DNA of 64,000 nt, taken from Chlorokybus atmophyticus (Eukaryota; Plantae; Mesostigma and Chlorokybus algae). The stretch is from the NCBI GenBank assembly GCA_009103225.1, contig RHPI01002368.1:463397-527396 (forward strand). The letters are read 5' to 3'. The position numbers were made by a program, and so were the translations under genes. The number at the start of each line of letters is the position of its first letter. The first letter of the stretch is position 1. The notes under the pieces were generated by a model. It was not told where the DNA came from. It searched no databases and worked only from the letters and a program-made list of their open reading frames with translations. Below are positions 25,900 through 42,036 of the stretch, one piece after another.

Positions 25900-25908
25900 T
25901 TAGGGTTT
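25900..25908 (-). promoter_or_regulatory. Telo-box (AAACCCTAA) in the RPL35 5' region
   Basis: Exact motif about 75 bp upstream of the ATG; typical of plant ribosomal protein genes. Confidence 0.6.
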
Positions 25909-26600
25909 GAGCGGCAGTGTTTGATGACTGGCGGCAGGTCTTAGCAACCGACCTGCCGAATTCGCCTGCAAGCTCGCTAAGACCAGAGCATAGGTGAACA
26001 CCGATCAACTCGCCTGCAGGCGACACCGAGTTCAGTACAACTATACTGATTGATCGCTGAACCTGGTGATCCTGAAGTTAAGAAAATCCAAAAGGGCTCA
26101 AGTCGGCAAAAAAGCGCAGCTTTGTACAAAACGAGGATAACAGCCTATCATAGAGTACATTGCGCGAGTTAATTGTCGATGTTTGCTGAAAACGCCAATA
26201 TTGTATCAAGGCATTCCCGGCCACGTATGCGTAAAAAGAGAAATTAACTGCGTGCGTAAGACAGTGTCCTGAAATAGTTTCGGGGATATGCCCGAAAACT
26301 TTACGTATGCATGGCGCCAACTCCAAGTAACTTGTAGCTGAGTTCATCAGCGGCGGCAGCGAACAAGGATCAGGACGACGACAAGGAGGACAAGAAGCTT
26401 CGGGGTGTTGCGTGGTGAGATTCGCTTGTGTTATCTGCGCTGTTGGTTTACAGCGGCAGCTTGCATGCATTGCTTGAAACAGCTACGGAAGTGGCTTGTG
26501 CCCAAGTTGTCCAAGTTTTGCTGGACGGCGGTTGTTGCTGTGAACACCGGTGACATGCTTCTTGTCTGTGTTGCTTGTGCAGACTGTTGACAAGCAAGCC

Positions 26601-29513
<2,913 letters not shown>

Positions 29514-29919
29514 ACACCGTTACAGGTACACTGTGCACATGAACGCATAGCATTTGTGTCACAGACGTGGGTTTGCCTACGCCAAGCATGCATTGTTGTT
29601 TCCGTGGCATTTACTGAGTCAGGCATATAATGTGCCTCGTGTCATACGCGATATGTATTGACTTATATATAGTTTATTTGCAAACATGTGCACGTGCCGT
29701 GACAGTCTTGTGTTGCAGTGTTTGCAGTGCGCAGCGAAGATTGTTGGAATTGAAGTTGTACAGATGTAGCGGGCGAGCCATGGTAGGGACGTGTAGACTA
29801 TCATCGAACGTGCTTATTGTGCGTTGACTGCTAGCAGCCAAGCTTGTGTTGCAAACTCTCTCTCTCTCTCTCTTGTGTTTTTATTCATTCTCCTTGAAAT
29901 GACGGGACTGACCCAAAAC

Positions 29920-30001
29920 GGCACTAGGGGTGCCTGCTTGCCGCGGGCTGAGATTATACCCTTGGCACCTGACCAGCTTAGCAGCTGCGTAGGGAAGTGC
30001 C
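29920..30001 (+). ncRNA. TPP (thi-box) riboswitch in the THIC 3' UTR
   Basis: P1 GGCACT/AGTGCC, AGGGGTGC, CTGAGA, ATACCCTT, ACCTGA, P5 CAGC/GCTG and GCGTAGGGAA appear in canonical order, about 400 nt after the THIC stop. Confidence 0.95.
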
Positions 30002-31099
30002 ATTGTTGTTGCGCAGATTTGGCGCTGGTGTGACGTCAATGGGACGCAGATGGACGGCATGGGCTGTGCTGACCATACCAGCCTAAGACAGGTACGTCAT
30101 GTGTACGCACAGTGCTGCATTGTCAAAGCATGCAACGCAGTGATTTTCAACCATGCATTCTATGGTTGTTCCCTTGCAATGGCACCGGAAGGCAGCCTAG
30201 GCTAGGGCCGAGCGGAATAGAACAACTGCAATTATGCAACAGCATTGCGGTTTTTGTTTTCGTGCATGTGTCAGTGCATTGCTTCCCAGCAGCCGTGGCG
30301 TTGCGATGTGTCAAGGTACCTAACCTGATCACTTGTGCGAGTACTATGGTGATGCTACTCAGACTGCTGCATGTGGCTGCGGTGGTGTAGGGTGCTGCAT
30401 CTACACGGTGACATGCATTGCTGTGCTTCAAGTCGTCATTTCAGTTTTATGCAAGATGGAGTACAATGAGCCTGCATGCGTCTTTGACAGACTAGCCCCT
30501 GTCATGTCTGCACAAGCAGACGATACTGAGGTGGTACCTTGTATGTGTTGTTGATAATGAGAAGGCACGCATTGTCATGGCTGCCCAGTGTCACACTGCA
30601 ATGCATCACTAGGCGTCAGTCCTAAGTAAGATTCAGTCTTACTGAGGACTGATCCTAGTTGTACAGTCAGCATTTGTTATCTTGAACTCGGTGAGTGGTG
30701 TAATACTATCGCAGGCTATTGCTGCCGTTTATGTTTCACTTGGATGTAATCATGCCGTGTAATTTCATTTATAATAATGTTGTGATCTGCACGTGTACAG
30801 AAAATGCAAGGGATGCATGTAGCATGCCAGACACACGCATAGTGCACCATGCTCACCATTATGCAGCGTTTATTCACCAGTGGGGTTTACCTATAAAAGT
30901 TAGCTACAGTAACTACTGCCTGCAACTTGCGTCAAACAGACATGCAAGCATGTGTGCAGGAAGGAGATATCTTGCGGGTACAACAATTCAGGTCCCAGTG
31001 ACGGTTATGAACAAGGGTTGCCACAAATTTAGCATTAAGCAAATGCTATGTATACAAAAGATGGTATGCCTCATACGCTGCATGCAAGGGGTGTCATGC

Positions 31100-31562
31100 C
31101 GTATGTGTACAAAGCTCGTATGCCACATATAGCGCGCACACATCACCAAATGCCAATCACAAGCAGCACATGCACAGCATGTGACGCCGCATCTCACATA
31201 CACCACCGGGTTACTCTACCTACACTACCTACGCTACCTACTCGCCGTCCCCCCCCGTTAGACATACGAGCATGCAATCGCTGGAGTCATCACCTGCACA
31301 ACGGTGCTTGGTCAGCGACCAGCCCTTGCAACGTCTATGACAGCAGCAGACTAGAGCCATTGCCCCCTGTTAATTGTTCACGTCTTCTCTGCCTACTGTT
31401 GCTGGTGTGCTTGCATGTGTGCATGTGTGCATGCTATTGGAAAGCCCAGACTCCACCGACTCCCCTCCCTTCCATACCGCCGCCGCCGCCGCCGCCGCCG
31501 CCGCTCGCCATCCTATTTCTCTCTCTCACCAAGCCCTCGCCAGGCCGCAGTGTGCACACATT
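31100..31562 (+). repeat. Diverged copy of a local dispersed repeat
   Basis: Aligns to 31902-32240 (GTGTACAAAG.TCGTATGCCAC...GGTGCTTGGTCAGCGACCAGCCCTTGCAACGT...CCCTCGCCAGGCCGCAGTGTGCA) with substitutions and an internal insertion. Confidence 0.85.
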
Positions 31563-31925
31563 AGGGTTCCGGTGACATGGGCAGGTGGAAGTGCTCCCCA
31601 TGTGCTCGCTAACGACTTTCACTTGGTCTTCACTATGCTTCCGCCACTGGAGATCGTGCACTGCTTTGTATGTCTAACGGGGGTGGGCGCTAACTACACT
31701 AACCACACTAACTACTCTAGACTATGCATGGTGCCCCCGGTCAAGCACCCTAACATCAACAGCAGTCACACGCCAAGATGCATGCATCACAGCAAACACT
31801 CAGCATACATCCCTATGCCGTAACATAGGGTAGCCCGGCGCTCCCTACTGAGCGAGCCACTTGGCTGGCATGTGACGGCCCCGGGACCAGCCAGTGCGTG
31901 GTGTGTACAAAGATCGTATGCCACA

Positions 31926-32303
31926 TACGACGCACACACATTACCAAATGCCAATCACCAGCAGCACATACACAGCATGTGACACCGCATCTCACGTACA
32001 CCAACGGGTTACTCTACCTACGCTACCTACGCTACCTACGCGCCGTCCCCGTTTGACATACACGCATGCAATCGCTAGAATCATCACCTGCACCACGGTG
32101 CTTGGTCAGCGACCAGCCCTTGCAACGTCCATGACAGCAGCAGACTGCACCGACTCCCCTCCCTCCTCCACACCGCCGCCGCCGCCGCTCGACATCCTCT
32201 GTGTTTCTCTTTCCAAACCCTCGCCAGGCCGCAGTGTGCATACGTTAAACTTGCAGCATGCAATGCGTCAGCATGCCACACGTTAGCAGCGCAGTCGACT
32301 GGC
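31926..32303 (+). repeat. 378-bp repeat, apparently identical to 42037-42414
   Basis: Same sequence by eye and identical ORF translations in both copies. Confidence 0.9.
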
Positions 32304-32479
32304 TGGATACTGTCGGTCGTATGCCGTAAGATTGTGTACATGTCCTAGAAGATTGCGAAACTTTGGTTGCATCTGGTGCGTGTTGAACTTCAACCATTTT
32401 CAGTTTTAACCATCAGCATGTTTTTGTCAGAGTTCACTGTTGTCGAACACATGGAGACTGAACTCCTCGATCAATGATC

Positions 32480-32544
32480 AGGTACATATGTATACACATA
32501 TATACGCATATATATACGTATACATATATGCGTATACATATGTG

Positions 32545-32612
<68 letters not shown>

Positions 32613-33180
32613 CGTGCGTGTGTGTGTGTGTGTGTGTGCATACATACCCATATACATGTATATGCAAGTATACATATATAAGTATATGCAAATATACATA
32701 TATATACATAGTCACACATATATGTATGTATACATATACATATATATGTATATATATACACACACATATATATATATACACATTATGTATATATATACAT
32801 ATATTCAAAGATGTGTAATTGATTATGTACATGTATATATGTATATATCAGTATATACATACTTACACATATTTATGTACATATTTATATATGTAAGTAT
32901 GTGTATATGCATATGTTTACACATATATATATACATGTAAATGTATATATATAAAGTATATGTACATGTATATACATGTACATGCATAAACATATATATA
33001 TCTATACATACATGTGTATATGTAAGCACATGTGTATACATGTATACACATGTGTATATAAATACATGTGTATACATATGTATATACATATATACACATG
33101 TATATATACATATATATATGTGTGTGTATGTAAATGCACGCATACATAAGTGTGCATGTATGCTTAGTCATACGCACAAA
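32480..33180. repeat. Compound low-complexity (TA/CA/TG) microsatellite
   Basis: ATAT/ACAT/ATGT mosaic with a (TG)n core at about 32548-32638. Confidence 0.95.
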
Positions 33181-34123
33181 GAGTTAACTGTGCTGTGACA
33201 CGCAACATGATCACAAAGTGGTAAGTGTGGTTTTGATATTTATGTTGAAGTGATTTGTACTGTCTCCATAATATATAACCACCAGAGCATGAATGAAACA
33301 TTTTCAGCCTTGACTTTCCAAAGACAAGTATGTGTTTGAAAAAGACTCAATTTTTTGCACTCGCGTCATACAAATGATTGATAATATATATGTCCGGGAC
33401 GCAATGCATGGAGTATCTGCGCACAAAAAGGTGATGTTAGTGTTCTTATGTGCATGCGTGCGCGTGTGCGCGCATGCGTGCGTGTGTGTGTTGGCAAAGT
33501 AAGCAGCATGCACTAATGATCACATATTACATATTACACACCTGCACGCACGCACGCGCACGCACACGCACATGCACACGCACACACACACAGGAGATGC
33601 AACTTTCCGCTTCAGTGTGCAGCCTCACAATGGGTGCGGCTACAGGCTCTTACGGTTAACAATCCCTTCCACTTGCTGCACCTTGCAAACCATATTGAAA
33701 ATTGTCAATCCGTCTATACCCATGCACAGATAAATCTTGGCAGCTGGTGTAGGATATGGTGTGGGTGTGAATTGTGCCACAATTTACACCCACACTATAC
33801 ACAAACATGTGCCATCTACAATGCCCGGCGTCACACTACATGGTGCGTTGTGACGCCAGGCACTGTCAATGGCACATGTTTGTTACATGTGTAAGAGAGT
33901 TCAAACACGATGTCGGTATGAGTTGTGCGGGAGGGTGTGAGGGTGAAAAACGACTCCGCAATGACACGACAACAACTTAGTGTAATATCGGCGCCTTCAA
34001 GGTGACCACTAGACCATGGCAGCACAAGTTAATGCATGCCATAAGGGGATCCACATGTCTCATATATGCCCCATGCCATACATGTTACACTCGGCTTTAG
34101 CCGCCTGCAGGTTCTACTTGTAT

Positions 34124-34224
34124 GTGTTAAAGACTTTCGACAATATGTGTGACTTTCAAGAGTGATGTAAAAGTGTTAAAGACTTTCGACAATATGTGTG
34201 ACTTTCAAGAGTGATGTAAAAGTG
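34124..34224 (+). repeat. Perfect 49-bp tandem duplication
   Basis: GTGTTAAAGACTTTCGACAATATGTGTGACTTTCAAGAGTGATGTAAAA occurs twice in a row. Confidence 0.95.
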
Positions 34225-34437
34225 CTTGTCTTGGCAGGGGAAGACTCTTTGAGCCTTCATGTAAGTAAGTTACATGTCGTGCAAGGGAGGCTCCACGGCA
34301 AGCTGTGTCTTGCAGCGAGGGTGAGTACATCTAAGCGCGAGAGTGTGAGGGCTAGTAGTGCTGCTAATAGCATGAAGAGTTAGCTTAAATCTCCTCCACA
34401 TGCTCCGCATGACGTGGAGTTGGTGTAGTCCTACACC

Positions 34438-37400
34438 TGTCATGTTCAAAGGACAGGCTTGAGTCACTCTCAGTTCCTTACTTATGTGGTAAGTATGAAG
34501 GACGAAATGAGGATTCAGTACAGTTGTGTGTGTGTCGCACTTGGCATACGTGCCCATGAAGTCAGTGCTTATGTACTCAGTGCATAAGGACATATCAGCT
34601 ACACAAGGCACTGTCAACATGTAAGTACAAGTCTGGTGAGTGTCAAGCGCATGGTCGCTAAAACAGCAAGAGTGCTGCCTATGTTGATATGTCCGAGGGT
34701 GGACAGAGTCAGCCTGTGCTCACAGATCAGCGCATAGGTGGCGAGGCCTTGTTGGCCTTGGACATCTGATGTGCCTGGCCTCGGAGAGCAACGCGTCGTA
34801 ATAAGGCGTGACTACCACCTTGTGGTGGTACCCAGTTGCTGGCCTTGCACAACTACTTGTGTGGGGTGCCTGGCTGAATCTGTAAAAGAGTGCTCTCCCC
34901 ATCCAACTCTTTGTGGGGCCACCACACGGTGTTAACTGTTGCAAGGTGTGTTGAGTTTATCTGCTCGTGCAGAAGTTTGCGAAGTTGCGCTCTCAGCAGG
35001 TTAATTGAGAGATCAACGTGACATTGGTGTCGACGCGGTTTTCCAAAGCCTTACATGCTTGTGCATCAGCCTATGCATTTGTTGCTGGCATGTGCGTTGC
35101 ATTCTTTGCTTGCATATGCTTTGTGGTAGTGCTGTTGGCTGAGGTTGCATGCTAGTTGGATGTTTTAGCTGCGTGCACACTTGCATAGCAGGTGTGGGCT
35201 GTATTTCACGCTGACTTTGCACTGATTGTGTGCGTTTCTGTTGCATACACACTGAGCGATGTTGAGAGGGTGTGACAGTTGCATTCACACTCATTATGTG
35301 CTTGTGCATAGCAAAAAGTTTGAAAATCGATTTGGCTGATGGAAATGCTACCAACCCGCTAGCAACTCAGGTAGCTGAGCTCCAGAATTACGTGCAGGCC
35401 ATGTTGGCTGCTCACACATCCATGAAGGAACAGCATGAGCACTGCTGAGCAGTTGGCTAAGTTGACAGCTGCAAACGCTCACAAGATAATGCCACGCCTT
35501 AAGTTTTTCTCAGGCGCCCATGAGGGGAAAGGCAAGGATCTTGGTGGTTGCTGTGCGTGATTGGTTATCTAAATGCATGTGTGTGTTGAGTGCTGCTAAG
35601 GTTTTACCTCGGCATGAGGCCAAGGCAGTTGCACTGTTAACATCCTACTTGCGGGGTTGTGCTGCACGCATGTGGGAAGGGGCTTTCCACGCCCAGAGGC
35701 CGCTGGCAAAGATGTTACGAGCCTGGGTGTGTTTGAGAGTGCTATGTTGCAAGCCTATGGGGGTGTAAACCCATTGCAAAAAGCACGTGACAAGCTCAAG
35801 GGTTTGAAAGTTAAGCCGGACAGTCAGTGGAGGACTTTACTGTCGGTGTCTGCCTGACATGCCGCTCTTTAATGCGGAGAAGATGGACAAGTACTGGGCT
35901 GCTCTGCCAGAGGATATTCAGAAGCAATTGACCTTCAAGGAAGGCCTTGAATCCTTCACATGCGGACTTCGACTTGATGAAGCGCACGGATGTGCAGCAT
36001 GACAACAGCCAGTGCATAATCAAGCAGGCCAAGAAGGTGACTCTTGTGAACAGCTCCAAGCCCTCATCGACCACCACCACAGTTGCTGGTGGCAATGGCA
36101 ATGGCAGAGGCAACAATTGAAAGCGTGGGCGGCCAGACAGCAAAGGCAAGCAGCCCTTTCAGCCTGCCAACAAGCAGCGCACCAACAACCTTCCAGAGGA
36201 CAGCCCGGAACTGAAGGGTGCTCGCTTCATGGCCGGAGCGTGTCTCAAGTGTGGGGAGAAGGAGATCGAGTGGTCACCTGCCCCGACCCCGCCAAGAACA
36301 AGCCCATTGCATAGGATGACGGGGTGGAGAGCTGCTCGACTAGCAGTAAGGCCCTGCCAGCTACCAACATTGTGTTGAACTTTGTTGGTAATGTACACCC
36401 TTCCATGCGCACATGTGATGTTGCTATATGGGACAATGATATGGGTGTGCCTGTTGGCTCCAACTTTGTGATGCATGACTGTGTGGGCAAGCATGTGCTG
36501 TTTAATGTTTCTTTCGACAAGTTGTCAATGGTGCTCGAGCACTATGTACAGTGCAAGAGCAAGAGTACACATAACACAAGTGCATCTGTCATTGTACCCA
36601 AGTATAGAGGATCATGGTTGTCCTTTGCGAGGGGTATGCAAGTGGTGCAGGACCACTTGCATACCCTAGAGATTGACAAGGCTTTGACTGGCTTGGGATG
36701 CTCAGTGCGAGTCATATACCCGCCAGTTTTCCACCGGGGAAATCACTTGGATTTAACGTGGTTGTTTAAGGCAACGATTGCACGTGTGCCAGGTACTCTG
36801 ATGATTGAAACTGGCACACCAGAGAACTTTGTGAGTGCAACTCTAATACAAAGGCTGGGTATCCGATACCTAGGATGATCCGATCCATGTGGATAAAGTT
36901 AGCGAAGTTGTAGCCACACGGATGAGCATGAGGTCTCGTAAGTACGAGGGTCTATGCCTTTGGCTTTTCGTGTGCAAGGCTACCACGCCCAACTTAGGTT
37001 CTTTGTGGTGCCAGTACAAGTACAAGGTGTTGATGTCATTGTTGGTGGTCGTTGCCAACGACCACCCAGTAGGAGCGTGCTATGGCCTGCGCACAGGTGC
37101 AGACACCGGCATATGCGGTGTCCGCAAAGGGAAAGGGCGTGTGATCCTAAGAGCAGAGGGAAGTGATGATACCTCCTTGTCTCTAGTGATGCATCATGTG
37201 ATGCATAACCATTGTTGATGAGTGCCATACAGGTGAAAAGAGCTGTAAAGAAAGGTGCTACACCTCTTCTTGTGCTGGTCAAGCCATTTGCTGACAAGTC
37301 CCACTTCAGCTGGTGAGATTGTCACCAATGAGCAAGACACTGCATTGAGTGCTTTGCTGCATGAGTATTCTGATGTGTTTAAAGCTCAGCTGCGTGAGTT

Positions 37401-40400
37401 GCCACCTGAGAGGGAAGTCTGGCATACTATCCCTCCCATGACGGGTGCACAACCTCCATTCAGATTTGTGTATCAGCTAAGTCCAGCTGAGCATGCGGAC
37501 ATGGCATATCAATGCATAGCTTGCGAAGGGATTGATTGAGCCAAGTAGCTCTCTCTTCGGAGCACCTACTATAGAGCTTGTACCCAACAAGGATGGCAGA
37601 CTGCGCATGTGCGTAGATTATAGCGCCCTGAACAAGCTCATCATCAAGAATAGGTGCCCACTGCCAAGGATTGATGATCTGTTGGATCAGTTGAGCGGAG
37701 CCTCGGTATTCAGTCATTTCATTGGATTTGATTAGTGGCTAATATCATATACGCATTACCTCAGAAGATGTGCTTAAGACAGCGTTCTAGACGCATGCAG
37801 GCCACTTTCAGTACAAGTACTCCCTTTTGCGCTGATAAATGCGCCAGCCACCTTTCAAGCTATAATGAACCGGGTGTTCTATAAGCTAATTGGAAGTTAG
37901 TACTTGTGTACTTGGATGACACCATAATGTTCAATAAGGACCCTGCGTCACATGTTGTACATGTGCGTGAGGTGTTAGACACGTTTCGTGCCATTAAGTT
38001 CTTTGTGTATATGCCCGAAATTTTTGGGACATATTGTGAGTGCAAAGGGCGTGTGCCCAGATCAAAAAGAAGTTGCGAAGGTTAAAGAGTGGCCTGCTCC
38101 TAAGAATGTGCACGAGTTGCGTGTCTTCTTGGGTTCAAGCAACTATTTTCGGAAGTACATTTTGGGTTACTCATCGCAAGTAGCACCCCTCACCAACTTG
38201 TTGCGTGACAAAGTTGTGTGGAGGTGGACGCAAGGGCAGGAGAAGGCTTTAGAGTCCATTGAAGAGGCCTTGGTGACAGCACCTCTGTTACAACCGCCTG
38301 ACTTCACCAAGCACTTTGAGGTTGTGAGTGATGCATCCCTTAATGGCACTGGCGTGTGTTGCGCCAGAAGGGACACCCTCTTGCGTACTTGAGCAAGAAG
38401 TCCTCTCCAGCTGACAGCAACTATACCACAACTGAACACGAGTTGTTAGGGTAGTCCATGCGCTACAGGAGTGACACTGCTATCTGGAGGGCCAAAAAGG
38501 AGGGTTTACCGTGGTAACAGACCGCAACCCCCTTGTTTTCTTTCAGACCCAACCAACCATGTTCCGGCGGCAAGCACGGTGGGCTGAGTTTTTGTCACAA
38601 ATGAACTTCACTTGGGTTTACAGACCAGGGAGAGTGAACATAGTTTACCCTTTAAGTCGCTCGCCTTTGCTGCTGGCAGCAATAACTCCGTCAAGTATGC
38701 ACCCTAGAAAAGGGAGCACAACCCCAAGAATGGGAGCAATAACTAGGTCTTTGAGGCAAAGGCAGTCTGATTGCAACCAAGCAAGGCTTGTGCCGAGGAG
38801 TTGCCAATTGCAGGTGAATTAGTTTGTACTAAGAAACCAATGGCAGTTGCTGATGCAAGTGGGGAGGACCTGATTGCTAATGATGTGCAAGACACCGCTG
38901 TGCGTCTACCACGGGCTTATGCACTTGACAACTGGTTTGTGTTGAGTTGCTGAAGCAAAGAGATGACAAGATCACTTGTCACAAAGGTATATGGTATCGT
39001 AAGGGCAAGCTGATTGTGCAAGATGCACTCAATCTTTGAAAACATTGCTTATTCGCAGCACACAACGCAGTGTATAATGATTACATGAGAATGATCAATA
39101 CCATCAAGACACTGCAGCGACAAAACTAGTGGCCTACTTTGGTTGCTGATGCAATGACGTATGTACAGAACTGTAACACTTGTCAACGTGACAAGGCATC
39201 ATATCGTAGGCCAGCAGGGTTGTTGAAGCCACCAGCTATCCCAAGCTATCAATGGGAAAGTGTGAGTACGGACTTGATCACATCACAAATCTGCCTAAGA
39301 CGATGAGAGGGCATGCTGCCATTATGGTCTTTGGTGACCGTCTTACCAGGATGGTTCGGTAAACCCTGTCGCACCAGCATCAATGCGCAAGAGTTTGCGT
39401 ATGCTGCTTGAACACGGTGTTCAAGCTGCACGAGGTACTCAACGAGTTGGTATCTAACGTGACCCCAAGTTTACCAGTTCTCGCAAGCTATGTGTCAGTA
39501 CTTGGGTACTAAGCAGAGCTTAAGCAGTGCTTACCATCCACAAAGTGACGGGCACACAGAGCGTGCGAACCGGGTGTTGGAGAACGTATTGCGACACTAC
39601 ACTTCACCCAGGTTTGATGACTGGGATGTGCACCTCACATTAGCTGAGTTTGCAGTGAGCAACTTGCCATGCATTCAATGCATGGCAAGAGTCACTGCAC
39701 AGCCCTCCGTTCTTTCTGAACTATGGTAGGCATCCTGTGACGCCTATGTCTCTGCAAGTTCAGCCGTTTAGTGAAGTGCCTACGGCTAGAGACTTTACTT
39801 TAGCCGATGCGCTGATTAGCTTGTGCCAAAGACTGCCTGAGAGCAGCTCAGGATCGGCATAAGATGTATGCTGATTGGCAGCGCAGGCCTGGAGAAGGGT
39901 TAAAGGTTGGGGACAAGGTCTTGTTGAGCACTAAGAACATTAGGCTCAAGACCATTGGTGTTCGTAAGCTTCTGCCTAGGTGGCTTGGACCGTTCACTGT
40001 CTATGCAGTTGTGGAATCACAGACCTTGAATTGCCGAAGAGCATGTGTGTCCAGAATGTGTTCAATGAGGCGCTACTCAAACCATACAAGAGTGATGGCA
40101 GAATGCAAGTTGCACTGTGCAACCATCCCCATCTCCTATTGAGGTAGAGGGCGACCTTGAGTATGAGGTCGAAGCTATTGTTGGCAAGCCTTAAGGAGGT
40201 TCAGAAAGGGCTTCCGAACCGAGCACTTGGTACGGTGGCTGGGTTTTGGTAAAGAGCATAACCTCCAAGAGCGAATCTCTAACTTGGTAGATTGTATTGC
40301 TATGCTGGAGGAGATTGGAAGTGAGCTCAAATCCACAGGTGCCACTAAATAAGAGCTTGTGCTCAATTGCAATGTGCAACATTCCCTTCTGTGACATGCC

Positions 40401-41162
40401 AACATGCGCGCACTTTTACTTAGTCTCAGAGTTGGTCATCACTCCCGTGACTTGCACTTGTTGTACGCGTAGTGTGCGGTGGTTCAGAAGGGTTGGCCAC
40501 CCTTGCTGGCAATCATTGTGCGGGGGCTTGTACTCCACCAGTTTACAACGTGGAAGTTGCAATGCAAGTGGGGAGGAATGTCACGTTTAAAAGACCGGCT
40601 TAAGTTGCTCTCAGTTCCCTAATATGTGGTAAGTATGAGGGACTGAATGAAGATTCAGTATAGTCGTGTGCGTGTGTTTAGCACTTGGCATACGTGCTTA
40701 TGAAGTCAATGCTTATGTACTCAGTGTATAAGGACATAGCAGCTACACAAGGCACTGTCTACATGTAAATACAGAACTGGTTAGTGTCAAGCGCATAGGC
40801 GCTAAAACAGCAAGAGTGCTGCCTATGTTGATGTGCCCGAGGGTGGACACAGTCAGCCTGTGCTGACAGATCCGCGCATAGGTGGCGGGGCCTCAGGCTT
40901 GTTGGCTTCGGACATCTGATGTGCTAGGCCTCGGAGAGCAGCAGGTTGTATAAAGGCGTGACTACCACCTTATGGTGGTACCAAGTTGCTGGCCTTGCCG
41001 AAGTACTTATGCGCGGGGTGCCTGGCTAAAGCTGTTAAAGGGTGCTCTCCCCATCCAACTCCTTGTGGGGTGTTGCTTGTTGCAAGGTGTGTTATAAATT
41101 TCATATGCTTGTGCAAAAAATTGTGACGCTGTCAGCAGGTAAGTTGAGTAGTCAACGTGACA
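34438..41162 (+). mobile_element. Full-length decayed Ty3/gypsy chromovirus-type LTR retrotransposon
   Basis: LTRs 34438-35023 and 40579-41162 (TGTCA...TGACA); 5-bp TSD ACACC at 34433-34437 and 41163-41167; PBS-like TGGTGTCGACG after the 5' LTR; PPT GTGGGGAGGAA before the 3' LTR. Internal order: gag, zinc knuckle (CLKCG), protease, RT ([21 protein letters not shown]), RNase H (VSDAS), integrase, chromodomain (EYEVEAI..VRWLGFG). Many stops and frameshifts. Confidence 0.95.
36410..36660 (+). pseudogene. Dam-like (N6-adenine DNA methyltransferase-like) domain remnant between the gag zinc knuckle and the protease
   Basis: SNFVMHDCVGKHVLFNVSFDKLSMVLEHYVQCKSKSTHNTSASVIVPKY resembles the recalled SFL..D..G..VW.N[PA]PF....L.HY..CK...P..TSA...VP.W signature. 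The NPPF-type motif is degenerate (NVSF, 36504-36515). Confidence 0.6.
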
Positions 41163-42036
41163 ACACCAACTCTTGAGCGTACGAGTATTGGCTCTCTGTC
41201 CGACAGCCATTCAATTCAGGAAAGAAGGTCAAGAAAAAACAACCCAGGTAGTACCCTAGACTGCCTAATAGTAGTCACTCATCAAGCTCATAAACAAGGA
41301 AATGCACACAACAGTCACCCACATGGTGTGCCGCAAGAACGTTTCGTGTGATCATTTAAACCGATTAGTACAAGATTTTGCACTGCAAACACTGAATCCG
41401 CAAAGTGTAAGTTAATGCCGAATTTACTTGCATGCAAGCAGCGAATGACAACCAAGAGACCGTACGCGTACTGGAGTTAAGGTGATGCATGTTGCAGGCA
41501 ACGGACACAGTAATCGCACCCGTGTGAATAGCACAAGCACGCGCGTGCAAGATTGCGTATCATAGTGGGAAAGAGGAAACAATGTAAAGTGTACAGCATA
41601 ACAGTTTAGCTACTACTAGTAGTAAACACGCATGAGGCTAGATATTATACATTTGTCACATGCATGCACACACTTCAAGTTGGCCAAGGGTTGCTTGGCA
41701 ATCTCGGATGTGCCAACGTCGCTCTCGCGACAGTCTGTCTATTTGCAACTCACTGTCAATCGCTGCTTTTGAACTTTGATAGTAACCACTATTGGCGCAA
41801 TCCGCCGCAACATCGACTTCGTGTTCTGGCGATTGACGATGTTTGTTACTGCTGACAACAGATGGATCGACAACATATCTACAACCCACTACAAGAGCCG
41901 GTTCGGACATTTTTGAAGTCAACGGAACGCGATAGGAAGCACATGGAATGCGAGGGAGAAGTGCGTGCCGAGAGTTGGCGCCGCGACACCCTCATTAAGA
42001 GGGCTTGTACGCCTTATAAGGCCCCTGATTAAAGGG

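Noticed and set aside
32434-33198. Tyr/Ile/His-rich ORFs
   Set aside because: Low-complexity TA/CA microsatellite
34124-34224. CRISPR-like repeat
   Set aside because: A simple two-copy tandem duplication with no spacers, in a eukaryotic context
41656-41922. Minus-strand ORF MSEPALVVGCRY... with a possible donor
   Set aside because: No downstream exons could be joined and no family was recognised
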